A model generated the notes under the pieces. That model made no database searches. It had not been told where the DNA came from and saw nothing but the letters and a program-made list of their open reading frames with translations. This document shows positions 8,815 through 19,522 of a stretch of DNA of 64,000 bases, piece after piece (position 1 is the first letter of the stretch; each line of letters opens with the position of its first letter). Origin of the DNA: an uncultured delta proteobacterium (GTDB taxonomy: Bacteria > Myxococcota > Myxococcia > Myxococcales > Anaeromyxobacteraceae); the NCBI GenBank assembly GCA_963845515.1, contig CAWJSR010000049.1:76722-140721 (forward strand). The letters are read 5' to 3'. The position numbers and the translations under genes were made by a program.

Positions 8815-11433
8815 ATGACCGACACCTTCCAGAAGCCCCGCCGCTGGCCGAAGGTCCTCGCCGCGGTCGTCGTCGTGCTCGCCGTCCTCACCGTGGCCGC
8901 GGCCTTCACGCTCGACCGGATCCTCACCTCCGTCGCGCGCGAGCAGGCGGCCGTCCTCTCGAGGCAGTGGGAGCGCCCGATCGAGATCGGCGCGGTGAAG
9001 ACCACCTTCCTCGGCCGGCTGGGGGTCCGGGTCGAGGCGGTGAAGATCGGCGCGGCGGCCGGCGAGCCGCGCCCCCTCCTGGAGCTCGACCGCGCCGAGG
9101 TGCGGCTGGCGCTGGTCGAGGCGCTCACGTCGCGCGGGAAGGACGTGCGCATCGAGAGCGCCGAGCTGCAGGGGCTCCGGGTCGCGGTGGTCAAGGCGAA
9201 GGACGGGAAGACCAACGTGGACCGGCTCACCGAGGCCATGGCGAGGAACGCACCGCCCGAGGGGCCGACCGCGCCGGAGGGCGCGAAGGAGGGCGAGCGC
9301 CCCGCCGACCTGTCGATGGTCCGCGTGGAGCATGCGGCCGTCCTGGACGGGCGGATCGCCTTCGTCGACGAGGGGGCCGGCGGCAAGGAGCTCTTCGTGG
9401 AGGACCTGGACCTCGTCGTGGACGGGCTCGCCGCGGGCGCCCCGCTGGAGGTGGTCATCAGGGCGGGGATCCTCTCGGCGAAGCAGAACCTGGAGCTGAG
9501 GGTCCACGCGCCGCCCCTGCCGGCGACGCTCACGCCGTCTCCCGACCACGTGACGCTCAAGGTCGAGCCGGTAGATCTCACTCCGCTCGCGCCCTTCGCG
9601 CCCCGAGACGCAGGGTTCCGGGGCGGACGGTTCGCCGCCGATCTCGACGTCGTGGTCGGCGCGGCCGTCCCGGGCGGCGCCGGGCCGACGGTGGTCCGCG
9701 GTGGCTTCGCTGCCACGGCGCTCCGCTTCGCGGGGCAGGAGGGCGGGAAGGCGCTCGACGTGACGCTCGACGCCGACCTGACGGCCGACCTCCAGAAGGG
9801 GGATCTCTCCATCGCGAAGCTGCTCCTCTCCTTCGGCCCCGCGGCCCTGGAGGGGAAGGGGAAGGTGACCGCCCTGCTGTCCGAGAGCCCACGGATCGAG
9901 GGGCTGCGCATCGTCTCCAGGAACCTCGACCTCGCCGCGCTCGCCCCCTACTACCCGCCGCTGCCGAAGCTGCTCGGCGGGACCGTGGCGGGCCCTATCG
10001 CCCTCACCGCGGAGGCGGCCGGGACCGCCGAGCGGCCGGTCCTGGAGCTGCGCGCAGACCTGACACCGGTCCGGCTCTCGCTCCCCAGGCAGGTGGAGAA
10101 GGCGCCGGGCGGCAAGCTGCTCTTCGTCGCGAGGCTGCGCGGCGGCGCCGCCGGCGCGCTCAGGTTCGACGCCGAGGGCGACCTGACGGGGCTCGATCTG
10201 CGCCCGGGCGGCTCGCTCGCCAAGAAGCCGGGCGACCGGCTCACCTTCGCGACCACCGCCACCCGCTCGGTCGCGGGGAGGGCCCAGAAGCTCGAGCTCG
10301 CGTCCTTCGCCATGACCCTCGCCGACATGAACGTGAAGGCGCGCGGAACGACCGAGCTCGCGCCGCGGTCGACCCGCTTCGACCTCGCCGTCGAGATCGA
10401 CCGCGTCGACGTCGACAAGCTGCTCATCCCGTCGCCCAGGGAGGAGCCGGCCAAGGAGGCGCCGAAGGCGAAGGGGGACGCCGCGTCCACCTACGCGGGG
10501 CTCTCGGGGAAGGCGTCGCTCCGGATCGGCCAGGTGATCGCCGAGAAGCAGAAGCTGAGCGACGTCCGGGTCACCGTCTTGATGAAGGAGGACGAGGTGA
10601 CCGTGCAGGAGGGGCGGCTCGGGCTCTGGGACGGCGTCCTCAGCGTCGCCGGCACGCAGGCGCGGCTCGCGCCGGCCGACATGCCCTTCACGCTGGCGGC
10701 GAAGGTCGAGCGGGTGGCGGTCGAGGGAGCGCTCGCCGCCTTCACCGACAAGAAGGTGCTGACCGGCCGTCTCGACGCAGAGGTCAAGCTCTCCGGCAGG
10801 GGCGAGGACACCGACCGGATCCTGAAGGCGCTCGACGGGACGATCGACGGGAAGCTCCGCGACGGCCTCTTCCACGGGAAGGATCTCATCGGCGAGGTCG
10901 CAGAGCCGATCGTGAAGGCGATCCCCGCGCTCGGGTCGAAGGTCACGAAGGGAGGGGCGACGAAGCTCGGCAAGGTCCTCGCCGTGTCACTCCGGATCGA
11001 GGACGGCAGGGCGCTGCTCCAGAAGCCGCTGGAGTTCGAGGAGCGCGGCGCGTCGTTCAAGGTCCAGGGCGCCTTCGCCTTCGACGGCGAGCTGGAGATG
11101 CCGACGGCGCTCACGCTCTCGCCCGAGGCGGTGGCCGGCCTGACCGGTGGCAAGGCGAAGGTCGACGAGCCGCTGCCGTTCTCCTTCAAGCTGGTGGGGA
11201 AGGCGTGGAGCCCGCGCCTCTCGGGGCTCGACGTGATGCCGGCCGTCAAGGCGATCGCCGCGAAGCTCGGGGCGGCCGCGCTCGGGAAGGCGCTCGGGCT
11301 CGAAGGCACGCCGCAGGAGGCCGCGAAGGAGAAGGCGGCGGAGGTGAAGGAGAAGGCCCAGGAGAAGGTCCAGGACGCCACGAAGGCCCTCAAGAAGGAC
11401 GCGGCGAAGAAGCTGAAGGGGCTGTTCAGGTAG
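8815..11433 (+). CDS. AsmA family (bridge-like lipid transfer) protein
   Basis: 872 aa, N-terminal TM anchor, DGKTNVDRL motif, beta-rich body, AsmA-like C-terminus (LDGTIDGKLRDG). Confidence 0.85.
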   Translation: MTDTFQKPRRWPKVLAAVVVVLAVLTVAAAFTLDRILTSVAREQAAVLSRQWERPIEIGAVKTTFLGRLGVRVEAVKIGAAAGEPRPLLELDRAEVRLALVEALTSRGKDVRIESAELQGLRVAVVKAKDGKTNVDRLTEAMARNAPPEGPTAPEGAKEGERPADLSMVRVEHAAVLDGRIAFVDEGAGGKELFVEDLDLVVDGLAAGAPLEVVIRAGILSAKQNLELRVHAPPLPATLTPSPDHVTLKVEPVDLTPLAPFAPRDAGFRGGRFAADLDVVVGAAVPGGAGPTVVRGGFAATALRFAGQEGGKALDVTLDADLTADLQKGDLSIAKLLLSFGPAALEGKGKVTALLSESPRIEGLRIVSRNLDLAALAPYYPPLPKLLGGTVAGPIALTAEAAGTAERPVLELRADLTPVRLSLPRQVEKAPGGKLLFVARLRGGAAGALRFDAEGDLTGLDLRPGGSLAKKPGDRLTFATTATRSVAGRAQKLELASFAMTLADMNVKARGTTELAPRSTRFDLAVEIDRVDVDKLLIPSPREEPAKEAPKAKGDAASTYAGLSGKASLRIGQVIAEKQKLSDVRVTVLMKEDEVTVQEGRLGLWDGVLSVAGTQARLAPADMPFTLAAKVERVAVEGALAAFTDKKVLTGRLDAEVKLSGRGEDTDRILKALDGTIDGKLRDGLFHGKDLIGEVAEPIVKAIPALGSKVTKGGATKLGKVLAVSLRIEDGRALLQKPLEFEERGASFKVQGAFAFDGELEMPTALTLSPEAVAGLTGGKAKVDEPLPFSFKLVGKAWSPRLSGLDVMPAVKAIAAKLGAAALGKALGLEGTPQEAAKEKAAEVKEKAQEKVQDATKALKKDAAKKLKGLFR

Positions 11434-11471
11434 ACGGGGCGCTTCGCGGGGCCCCCTCCCTGCCGCGCCGG

Positions 11472-11693
11472 TCAGCGCGTCAGCAGGCGGGCCAGCACGA
11501 GCGCCGCGAAGCCGAGCATGCCGGCCGCCCACCCGAGCAGGATGAGCCCGGCGAAGACTGCCTGCGCGCCGGTGACGGTCCGCCCCTGAATCAGGGCCTT
11601 CCGGCGCTTGATGGCGAAGACACCCTTGGCGGCCACCCATATGCCGGGGACGCCGAGGAGGACGCAGGCGAGGAGGACGAGGGCGCGGGCCAT
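11472..11693 (-). CDS. Small two-TM membrane protein
   Basis: 73 aa hydrophobic ORF. TAAGAT lies 6 nt upstream of ATG (leaderless-type). Confidence 0.65.
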   Translation of the reverse strand: MARALVLLACVLLGVPGIWVAAKGVFAIKRRKALIQGRTVTGAQAVFAGLILLGWAAGMLGFAALVLARLLTR

Positions 11694-11711
11694 CGGCGCA
11701 TCTTAGTGCCA

Positions 11712-12488
11712 CTAGCCCGCCGACCGCGACCTGACCCGGAGCATCCACGCGAAGGCCGCCACGGCCGCGGCCGCGAGCAGGTGCTTCGCGGCGTGTCCTC
11801 CGACGAACCCGGTGGCGCCGAGGATCCGGGCGTCGAGGAGCTCCGCGCCCTTCGCGAGCACGTAGAGCAGGAGCCCCGCGATCCACCCCGCGCCGTGCGA
11901 GTAGCGCGGCTGGAAGAGCAGCAGGACGAGGGGGACGAGGAGCATCGGCGCGAACTGGGCCACCACGTACGGGCGCAGGTCGCCGCGCCCCATCGTCTCG
12001 GTGACGAACCAGTAAACCACTGTCGCGGCGGCGCCGAGCGTGGCGGGCGCGAGCAGCCTCGCCGAAGCCGCCCCGATCCGCTCGGAGAGCACCGTGACGA
12101 GGAGCGCAGCGAACGCCACCGCCATCGGCAGCCGGTCGAGGAGCAGCGAGCCGTTGGCCGGGGCCAGGTGGTAGAAGGCCGACCCCGGCGCGACGAGCGC
12201 GACGGCCGCGAAGAAGGTGATCCACGGCGCGCGCTCGCGCCGGTCGGAGGGGCGGAACTCCGGGGCGAAGACCACGCCGAGCCCGGCGAGGCCGGCGAGC
12301 AGGAAGGCGACGTTGGAGAGGACGTCGGCGGCGTTGGGGATGGGGCCCAGCGCGCGCCGATCGGCGAACAGATGGTACGCGGGATCCTGGGCGAGGCGCG
12401 GCAGGAGCGCGGCGGCGATCGCGGCTCCGCCCGCGAGGAGGGCTACCGCACCGACGCGCCAACGCCTCGCGCGGCCGATCGGTTCCAT
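11712..12488 (-). CDS. Ceramidase-like (CREST superfamily) membrane protein
   Basis: QDPAYHLFAD.R, SN..F, GSAFYHL.P, DRLPM, GHAAKH motifs. Confidence 0.85.
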   Translation of the reverse strand: MEPIGRARRWRVGAVALLAGGAAIAAALLPRLAQDPAYHLFADRRALGPIPNAADVLSNVAFLLAGLAGLGVVFAPEFRPSDRRERAPWITFFAAVALVAPGSAFYHLAPANGSLLLDRLPMAVAFAALLVTVLSERIGAASARLLAPATLGAAATVVYWFVTETMGRGDLRPYVVAQFAPMLLVPLVLLLFQPRYSHGAGWIAGLLLYVLAKGAELLDARILGATGFVGGHAAKHLLAAAAVAAFAWMLRVRSRSAG

Positions 12489-12597
12489 GGTGACGAAAGC
12501 TCCTGCTGCCATCCTCTGCCTCCCGGGACAGCGCGCGGCGTGGCGCGCTCCGGGTTGGTGGAGACGGCGCCTCCCGCTGATGTGACCCGCGTCGCGC

Positions 12598-13212
12598 TCA
12601 GTTGCGGCTGCCGCGCGGCGGGCCGCCGGGTCCCTCGAGGAGCGACAGGCCGCGCTCGCGGAGGAGCTGGGCGACCCGCTCGGAGGGGGTGCGGAGGTAG
12701 CGCTCGTACAGCCGGACGAGCCCCCGGTTGGAGCGGAGCTCCGAGAGCTCGGCGATCTCGGCGAAGCAGTCCACGAAGAGGCCGAACCGCCCGGACAGCT
12801 CGCCGTAGAGCGGCTCGAGCCCGCGCCGGCGCTCCACCTGCCCGACCGCTGCGTAGGCGTTGCCGCCCATCGCGATGTAGTAGTCCACGTCCACGGCGGA
12901 GCGCGCGAGGGAGTCGCCGAAGAAGCCCGAGACGAAGAGCGCGGTGTCCCCCAGCCGGCGCAGCTCGCGCACCCGGGCGTCTCCGGTGGCCTCCAGCGCG
13001 CGCAGCAGGATGATGGCCAGCGGCTCCTCGCGCACCGAGCCGTCAGCCTGCTCGACGCGGAGCCGCTCGGTGACCAGGAACTTCGCGAGGAGATCCACGA
13101 GGTAGAACTCGGTCTCCGGCTGGATGTGCACGCGGCGGTGCGAGAGCACGTCGTCGACCCGCTGCCGGAAGAACTCGAGCACGCTCTCGGTGATCGGGCT
13201 GCGTTCGTCCAT
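12598..13212 (-). CDS. Conserved hypothetical protein
   Basis: 204 aa, strong codon bias, GGAG RBS. Motifs YLVDLL, LRRLGDTALFVSGFF, YYIAMG. Confidence 0.8.
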   Translation of the reverse strand: MDERSPITESVLEFFRQRVDDVLSHRRVHIQPETEFYLVDLLAKFLVTERLRVEQADGSVREEPLAIILLRALEATGDARVRELRRLGDTALFVSGFFGDSLARSAVDVDYYIAMGGNAYAAVGQVERRRGLEPLYGELSGRFGLFVDCFAEIAELSELRSNRGLVRLYERYLRTPSERVAQLLRERGLSLLEGPGGPPRGSRN

Positions 13213-13335
13213 GGCGGAGACGCCTCCTCGTGCCTCCTCTTGAAGGTAGCGCCGCCGCCGCTGGCGCTCAACCCCAGGAGCCCCGGCGCCCTGCGCGCGG
13301 CCCCCGGAGCCCGGGCGCGGTCCCTCCGCCGACGC

Positions 13336-14166
13336 TCAGGCGAAGAGGTCGCCTGCGACGGCGGGCGCGTCCGGGTCCACGCGACGGGAGACCTCGAGGA
13401 GCGTCTGCACCGCCCGGCGGCCCGCCTCGCCGAGGCCGAGCGAGAAGGCGTTTACGTAGAGGTCGATGTGCTGGCGCATCACCGCGTCGTCCAGCTCCTG
13501 CGCGTGGCGGCGGACGTAGTCGGAGAGGAAGGTGCGCCGGCCGTTCGCCTGCTCGAGGCTCAGCCGGATGAGCCCGTTCACGTCGCGCCGGATGGCCGGG
13601 TCGAGGGAGCGCCGCGCGACGATGCCGCCCAGCGGGATCGGGGAGCGGGTCTCGCGCTCCCAGTGTTCGCCCAGATCGACGAGCTTCGCGAGCCCCTTGG
13701 CCGCGTAGGTGAAGCGGCTCTCGTGGATGATGACCCCCGCGTCGACCCTGCCCTCCAGGACGGCCGCCTCGATCTCGGAGAAGACGACGAACCGCTTCCC
13801 GGTGGCGCCGGGAAAGGCGAGGGAGAAGAGCAGGTGGGCGGTCGTGTCGCGCCCCGGGATCGCGACCGTCATGCTCGCCGGATCGAACCGCGCGACGCCT
13901 GGGCGGGCCACCAGGAGCGGTCCGACGCCCTCGCCCAGGGCGCCGCCGGCCTCGAGCAGCGCGTACCGGTCGGCGACCCGCGGGAGCACCCCGTAGCTGA
14001 TCTTGCTGACGTCGAGCCGCCCCGCCAGCGCCCACTCGTTGAGCGTCTGGACGTCCTCGAGCACGGGGTCGAAGCGCAGCCCGCCGGTGTCGATCCCACC
14101 GTTCACGAGGGCGTCGAAGATGAACGTGTCGTTGGGGCAGGGGGAGAAGCCGAGCGTGAGTCGCAT
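13336..14166 (-). CDS. mqnD: 1,4-dihydroxy-6-naphthoate synthase (futalosine menaquinone pathway)
   Basis: GFSPCPNDTFIF, DVQTLN, IIHESRFTY, PIPLG, HIDLYVN. Confidence 0.92.
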   Translation of the reverse strand: MRLTLGFSPCPNDTFIFDALVNGGIDTGGLRFDPVLEDVQTLNEWALAGRLDVSKISYGVLPRVADRYALLEAGGALGEGVGPLLVARPGVARFDPASMTVAIPGRDTTAHLLFSLAFPGATGKRFVVFSEIEAAVLEGRVDAGVIIHESRFTYAAKGLAKLVDLGEHWERETRSPIPLGGIVARRSLDPAIRRDVNGLIRLSLEQANGRRTFLSDYVRRHAQELDDAVMRQHIDLYVNAFSLGLGEAGRRAVQTLLEVSRRVDPDAPAVAGDLFA

Positions 14167-14190
14167 GGGCGTCGAACCCGGAGAGGATCC

Positions 14191-14227
14191 CCCTCTCCCC
14201 CACCGGGGGAGAGGGACGGGTGAGGGG
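14191..14227 (+). repeat. Palindromic repeat copy B (leuB-mqnD intergenic)
   Basis: CCCTCTCCCCC-acc-GGGGGAGAGGG-ac-GGGTGAGGGG. Confidence 0.9.
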
Positions 14228-14234
14228 TGGCTGG

Positions 14235-15296
14235 CTACGCGAGCCGCTTGAGGATCTCGTCGGCCATCTGCGTGGTCGAGAGCTTGCCGCCGAGGTCGGC
14301 GGTGCGCGCCCCCTCGGTGATGGTCAGGTCGACGGCCGCCTCGATCGACGCGGCCTCGGCCTCGAGGCCGAGGGTGTGGCGGAGCATCATCGCGACCGAG
14401 AGGATGGTGCCGACGGGGTTGGCGATCCCCTTGCCCGCGATGTCCGGCGCCGAGCCGTGGATCGGCTCGTAGAGGCCGGGGCCGCCGGCGCCGATCGACG
14501 CCGAGGGGAGCATGCCCATCGAGCCGGCGAGGACCGAGGCCTCGTCGGTGAGGATGTCGCCGAACATGTTCTCGGTGACCACGACGTCGAGGCTGGCCGG
14601 GCTCGTGATGAGCCGCATCGCGGCGGTGTCGACCAGCATGTGGTCGACGGCCACGTCCGGGTTCAGCCGGCCGGTCTCCGCGGCGATCTCCCGCCAGAGC
14701 CTGGACGACTCCAGGACGTTGGCCTTGTCGACGCTCGTGACCCTCTTCTTGCGCCCCTTCGCGATCTTGAAGGCCAGCTCGACGACGCGGCGCACCTCGT
14801 AGTCGTAGTACTCGAGCGTGTCGACCGCGCGCTCGCGCCCGTCCTTGACGTCGCGCCCCTTCGGGAAGCCGAAGTAGAGCCCGCCAGTCAGCTCGCGGAT
14901 GACGATGATGTCGACGCCCTTCAGCTTCTCCGCCTTGAGCGGCGACGCGTCGATGAGCGCCGGGTGGACCTTCACCGGCCTCAGGTTCGCGAAGACGCCC
15001 AGCCCCTTGCGCAGCCCGAGGAGCCCCTGCTCCGGCCGGACCTTCGCCTTCGGATCGTCCCACTTCGGGCCGCCGACCGCGCCGAGGAGGACGGCGGTCG
15101 ACTTCTGGCACTCGGCCAGGACAGCGTCGGTGAGCGCGACGCCGTGGGCGTCGATGGAGCAGCCGCCCATCAGCCGCTCGACGAACGTGAAGTCGTGGCC
15201 GCGCTTCTTGGCCACCACCTGCAGGACGCGGACGGCTTCGGTCGTCACCTCGGGACCGATGCCATCGCCGGGGAGGACGACGATGTGTGCCTTCAA
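14235..15296 (-). CDS. leuB: 3-isopropylmalate dehydrogenase
   Basis: [50 protein letters not shown] start after AAGGAG. Confidence 0.95.
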   Translation of the reverse strand: MKAHIVVLPGDGIGPEVTTEAVRVLQVVAKKRGHDFTFVERLMGGCSIDAHGVALTDAVLAECQKSTAVLLGAVGGPKWDDPKAKVRPEQGLLGLRKGLGVFANLRPVKVHPALIDASPLKAEKLKGVDIIVIRELTGGLYFGFPKGRDVKDGRERAVDTLEYYDYEVRRVVELAFKIAKGRKKRVTSVDKANVLESSRLWREIAAETGRLNPDVAVDHMLVDTAAMRLITSPASLDVVVTENMFGDILTDEASVLAGSMGMLPSASIGAGGPGLYEPIHGSAPDIAGKGIANPVGTILSVAMMLRHTLGLEAEAASIEAAVDLTITEGARTADLGGKLSTTQMADEILKRLA

Positions 15297-15319
15297 CGGA
15301 GTCTCCTTCGGTTGTGGGA

Positions 15320-16867
15320 TCAGACGGCCAGCGTCAGGCCGTACTCGACGGCGTCGGCGAGGGCTCGCCATGACGCCTCGATGATGTTGGTGCTCGCGCC
15401 GACGGTGCTCCAGCGCCTGGTGCCGCGCTGGAAGTCGATGAGGACGCGCGTGATGGCGCCGGTGCCGGTGGTCGGGTCGAGGATGCGGACCTTGAAGTCG
15501 GTGAGCCGGACGTCCTTGATCTCGGGGAAGCGCGGCGCGAGGGCCTTGCGGAGCGCCGCGTCGAGCGCGTCGACGGGGCCGTCGCCCTCGGCGGCGGTGT
15601 GGAGCACCTCGCCGTCGACCTTCACCTTGACCATCGCCTCCGAGAAGATCCCCCGGCCCGTCCGGTGCTCGACGTTGACCAGGAAGTCGATCAGGTCGAA
15701 GGGGGGCTTGTAGCCCGGCTCCTGCCGCTTCATGAGGAGGGCCACCGACGCCTCGGCCGCCTCGAAGGAGAAGCCGCGCGCCTCCAGCGCCTTGATCTCG
15801 TTGAGCACGCTGGCCACGTCGGCCTTCGGGTCGAGGCCGAACTCCTCCGCCTTGGACATCAGGTTTCCGCGGCCGGACAGCTCGCTCACGACCACGCGCA
15901 TCTGGTTGCCGACCTGCTCGGGGTCGACGTGCTGGTACGAGACCGCGCTCCGGCGCATGGCCGCGACGTGGATGCCGCCCTTGTGGGCGAAGGCCGACTT
16001 GCCGACGTACGGCTGGTGCTCGTCAGCCGGCAGGTTGGCGATCTCGGCGATGTAGTGCGAGACCTCGTAGAGGGTGACGAGCTTCCCGGCCGGCAGGCAC
16101 TCCTTGCCGAGCTTCAGCTCCAGCGACGGGATGCACGAGCAGAGGTTGGCGTTGCCGCAGCGCTCGCCGTACCCGTTGATCGTCCCCTGGATCTGGATCG
16201 CCCCCGCCTCGACGGCGGCGAGCGAGTTCGCGACCGCCGTCTCGCTGTCGTTGTGGGCGTGGACGCCGAGCGGGTGCTTCAGCTCGGCGTAGACCGCCCG
16301 CACGGTCTCGGCGATCTGCCACGGCATCGAGCCGCCGTTGGTGTCGCAGAGGACCAGCGTCTCGGCGCCGCCCCGGATCCCCGCCTTGAGCGTCTCCAGC
16401 GCGTACTTCGGATCGGCCCGGTAGCCGTCGAAGAAGTGCTCGGCGTCGTAGATCACCCGGCGCCCCTGCGCCTTGAGGTACGCGAGGCTCTGCTCGATGA
16501 TCTTCAGGTTCTCCTCGAGCGTCGTCCGGAGCACCTCGGTGACGTGGAGGGTCCAGGTCTTGCCGACCACGGTGCAGACCGGCGCGCCCGAGTCGAGCAG
16601 CGCCTTGATGTTGGCGTCATCCTCCGGTGTGCCACCCACCCGGCAGGTGGAGCCGAACGCCGCGATGAGCGCGTGCTCCCACTTCATCGCCTTCGCGCGA
16701 TCGAAGAACTCGACGTCCTTCGGGTTGGACCCGGGCCAGCCGCCCTCGATGAAGGCGACGCCGAGCTCGTCCAGCCGCTTCGCGATCCGGATCTTGTCCT
16801 CGCAGGAGAGGGAGATCCCCTCGCGCTGGGTGCCGTCGCGGAGCGTCGTGTCGTAGATCTGGATCAT
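15320..16867 (-). CDS. cimA: Citramalate synthase
   Basis: [43 protein letters not shown], plus the LeuA-type regulatory domain. Confidence 0.9.
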   Translation of the reverse strand: MIQIYDTTLRDGTQREGISLSCEDKIRIAKRLDELGVAFIEGGWPGSNPKDVEFFDRAKAMKWEHALIAAFGSTCRVGGTPEDDANIKALLDSGAPVCTVVGKTWTLHVTEVLRTTLEENLKIIEQSLAYLKAQGRRVIYDAEHFFDGYRADPKYALETLKAGIRGGAETLVLCDTNGGSMPWQIAETVRAVYAELKHPLGVHAHNDSETAVANSLAAVEAGAIQIQGTINGYGERCGNANLCSCIPSLELKLGKECLPAGKLVTLYEVSHYIAEIANLPADEHQPYVGKSAFAHKGGIHVAAMRRSAVSYQHVDPEQVGNQMRVVVSELSGRGNLMSKAEEFGLDPKADVASVLNEIKALEARGFSFEAAEASVALLMKRQEPGYKPPFDLIDFLVNVEHRTGRGIFSEAMVKVKVDGEVLHTAAEGDGPVDALDAALRKALAPRFPEIKDVRLTDFKVRILDPTTGTGAITRVLIDFQRGTRRWSTVGASTNIIEASWRALADAVEYGLTLAV

Positions 16868-16906
16868 CGGCCACCTCTGAGGATTGGGGCGCGCAGAAAG
16901 GCGCGA

Positions 16907-16935
16907 AGTATACACGACCCGCACAGGGGGATCGA
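16907..16935 (-). promoter_or_regulatory. Sigma70-type promoter of cimA-leuB-mqnD
   Basis: TCGATC-17 nt-TATACT on the minus strand. Confidence 0.55.
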
Positions 16936-16971
16936 GGGGGTGGGCCAGGGTTCGGCCCGGCCGGCGGCGCC

Positions 16972-17826
16972 TCACTTCACCTGCTTCAGGAGCTCGTCCA
17001 GCTCAGCGTTCACCTCGCCCGGCTTGTCGAGCATGATCCAGTGCGAGGTCCCCTTCACCTTCCGGTAGGGCAGCCCCTCGACGTTGGCCTGGATCCCCTC
17101 GAGCACGAGCTGGCTCGCCGCCAGCGCGCGGCGCGGCCCCTTGTAGCGGGACAGCTCGCCCACCGAGTCGCTCGAGATGACGGCCAGCGCGGCGCCGAGC
17201 AGCGACTCGCGCGCCGTCTTGCCGAGCGCCTCCTGCACCCGCTCGCGGGTGCCGGTCAGCGCGCCGTCTAGCAGCGGGCCGTAGCGGAGCGAGATGGTCT
17301 CCGCGACCCGCCCGGCCGCGAAGGCCTGCTCCTCCGCGGCCCTGACCGCGGGGGTGCGGTCGATCCTGCCGCTGTAGGCGTCGACGAAGAGGATGCCAGC
17401 CACCCGCAGCGGGTGGCGGGACGCGTAGGCGGTGGCCAGCGTCCCAGCGAAGTCGTGGACCACCAGCACGAACCGGGTCGCGCCGAGCGCGTCGGCCACC
17501 CGGCCGAGGTCCTCGCCGAGCGCCTCCGGGGACCGCTTCCCGTCGCGCGGGGGGTCCGACTGGCCGAAGCCCGGCAGATCCACGGCGATGGCGCGGCGGG
17601 TCTGCCGGACGTGGGCGAGCTGCTCCGCCCAGACCCCGTGATCGCCGCCGGCGCCGTGGACGAAGAGGACCGGGATCCCTCCTCTCCCTCCGTCGTCGAC
17701 GAAGACCTTCCCGCGGCTCGTGAGCACGGACCTGGTGGCCGCCGGGGGAGGCGCGGGCGGAGCCGTGGGGGCGCCAGCGCAGGCTGCGACGGCCGCCAGC
17801 AGGGGAGCGAGGAGGGTGCGGCGCAT
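16972..17826 (-). CDS. Alpha/beta hydrolase-fold lipoprotein
   Basis: Lipobox VAAC, FVHG, DLPGFGQS, nucleophile elbow VHDFAG, C-terminal SHW. Confidence 0.85.
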   Translation of the reverse strand: MRRTLLAPLLAAVAACAGAPTAPPAPPPAATRSVLTSRGKVFVDDGGRGGIPVLFVHGAGGDHGVWAEQLAHVRQTRRAIAVDLPGFGQSDPPRDGKRSPEALGEDLGRVADALGATRFVLVVHDFAGTLATAYASRHPLRVAGILFVDAYSGRIDRTPAVRAAEEQAFAAGRVAETISLRYGPLLDGALTGTRERVQEALGKTARESLLGAALAVISSDSVGELSRYKGPRRALAASQLVLEGIQANVEGLPYRKVKGTSHWIMLDKPGEVNAELDELLKQVK

Positions 17827-17881
17827 GGACAACGAGTAGCGCGGTGGCGGGCAGGTGCAAAGCCCTGCGAGCCGAGCCGCG

Positions 17882-17917
17882 AAAATGAAGGAGCCCGGCC
17901 ATCTCTGACCGGGCTCC
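17882..17917 (-). terminator. Intrinsic terminator after the cold-shock gene
   Basis: GGAGCCCGG/CCGGGCTCC stem followed by TTCATTTT on the minus strand. Confidence 0.75.
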
Positions 17918-17938
17918 ATGGACTTCAGGTGAAGCGGA

Positions 17939-18142
17939 TCAGATGGCGCGAACGTTCGCAGCCTGGAGCCCCTTCGGGCCCTTCGTCACGTCGAACTCCA
18001 CCTTCTGGCCCTCGGCGAGGGTACGGAACCCGTTCGCCTGAATGGCAGTGTGGTGGCAGAAGACGTCGTCGCCGCCGCCATCCTGGGTGATGAAGCCGAA
18101 GCCCTTCGCATCGTTGAACCACTTCACGGTACCGGTAGCCAT
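17939..18142 (-). CDS. csp: Cold-shock protein (CspA family)
   Basis: [29 protein letters not shown]. Confidence 0.97.
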   Translation of the reverse strand: MATGTVKWFNDAKGFGFITQDGGGDDVFCHHTAIQANGFRTLAEGQKVEFDVTKGPKGLQAANVRAI

Positions 18143-18220
18143 TACTGGTGTTCTCTTTTCTGTTCTGGGGCCGCGATTGTTGCAGCCCAGCCCGATCCGG
18201 ATTTGGATCGGGAAGGTGCG

Positions 18221-18249
18221 TGTATACGCGGCTCCAGGCAAGAAGTCGA
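18221..18249 (-). promoter_or_regulatory. Sigma70-type promoter of csp
   Basis: TCGACT-17 nt-TATACA, followed by a 5' UTR with the hairpin CCCGATCC/GGATCGGG. Confidence 0.6.
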
Positions 18250-18373
18250 GGGAGATGCCAACGAATGTTGCAGGGTTGGGCCGAAGGGGGCTATCGGCTA
18301 CCCCCTCCCGAGGGGTACAAAGGCTGATGCGCGACACGATACGGCAACCTCTGATGAACCGGTGGGGCCGGCC

Positions 18374-19522
18374 GTGAGCGACCTCGAGCGCGGCAAGCTC
18401 GTCCAGCACTCTACGCTGGGGCTCGGCAAGGTGGTAGCGCTGGAGCCGGACGCGGTCCACGTCTTCTTCCCAGGGCGCGGCGAGCGCTATGCAGCGAAGC
18501 TCCGGCTCCCGGGCGCCAGGGCATTTCTCCGGGTCGGAATCGAGGAGCGGAGCGCCTGGCTCGAGGGGCTCTCATCCTTCACCCTCGACGCGGCGAGCGG
18601 GCGCTGGGCCCTCCCGGCGCGCTGGCTGACGCTCGATCAGGCAGTAGCCCAGTTCCTGGCCGCCCAGCCCAAGGGCTTCACCGTAGGCCCGACCGGGCGC
18701 GCGGCCGTGTGGCGCCAGGCGCACCAGCTCTACGCCGACACGCTCGGTAACGGCGAAGGCGAGCGGCTGCTCGACGCCGGCGAGGTGCGCGAGATCGTCA
18801 AGCGCCTGTTCAAGGTCGCCAGGCTCGTGAGCCCGCTGCACGACGAGGAGGAGCGCGACGCGGTCGAGGACGCGCTGGGCGACGACGACGCGACGCGCCG
18901 CTTCCTCCGCGCGCTCTTCGAGCTCGTCTCGGTCCCTTCGCCGGGACGCGCCCGGTTCGACAAGCTCTACGGCGTGGCCGCAGGCCTGCCCGGCGCACCA
19001 TCGGCACGCTGGCTGCTCGTGACACTCTTCCCGTTCATCGCGCGCCCGGACAAGCACCCGCTCATGCGCCCCGGCTCGACCCGCGAGGCCGCCGAGCGTC
19101 TCGGCTTCGACCTCCGCTTCGACGAAGCGCCCAACTGGAGCACCTTCGCGGCGCTTCGCGCGCTCTCGACGAAGCTGCTCGAGGCGCTGTCCGGCGCAGG
19201 GGCGCGTGACTTCGTGGACGTCGAGATCTTCGCGCACGCGGCGTCGACCATGCGGGCGAGCGGCCCGAAGCGCGCCACGAAGCGTGCAGCGAAGGTGGCC
19301 GTGGCGGAGCCGGAGAGGCCGAGCGGCAAGGTCGCCTCGAAGGCCGCGGTCGCCCAGGCCGCGAAGGTCGTCTCCAGCAAGCCGGCCAAGCCGGCCAAAC
19401 CGGCCGCCAAGCGGGCGAAGACCCCCGCAAAGAAGCCCTCCACGCAGGTACGCGCGAAGACCGCCGCGGCGAAGCCCCGGCGCCACGCGCCCACTACAAC
19501 CTCATCCAGGAGAACCCGATGA
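18374..19522 (+). CDS. DUF3553/Tudor-like N-terminal domain protein with Lys/Ala/Pro-rich C-terminal tail
   Basis: VQH..LGLGKV..VFF N-terminus, helical core, histone H1-like KPAK tail. Confidence 0.75.
   Translation: MSDLERGKLVQHSTLGLGKVVALEPDAVHVFFPGRGERYAAKLRLPGARAFLRVGIEERSAWLEGLSSFTLDAASGRWALPARWLTLDQAVAQFLAAQPKGFTVGPTGRAAVWRQAHQLYADTLGNGEGERLLDAGEVREIVKRLFKVARLVSPLHDEEERDAVEDALGDDDATRRFLRALFELVSVPSPGRARFDKLYGVAAGLPGAPSARWLLVTLFPFIARPDKHPLMRPGSTREAAERLGFDLRFDEAPNWSTFAALRALSTKLLEALSGAGARDFVDVEIFAHAASTMRASGPKRATKRAAKVAVAEPERPSGKVASKAAVAQAAKVVSSKPAKPAKPAAKRAKTPAKKPSTQVRAKTAAAKPRRHAPTTTSSRRTR

Noticed and set aside
7756..13013. Very long alternative-frame ORFs (1039 aa minus, 1348 aa plus) and many similar Arg/Pro/Gly-rich ORFs across the window
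   Set aside because: Shadow ORFs caused by high GC3 on real genes (asmA etc.); no motifs and biased composition.
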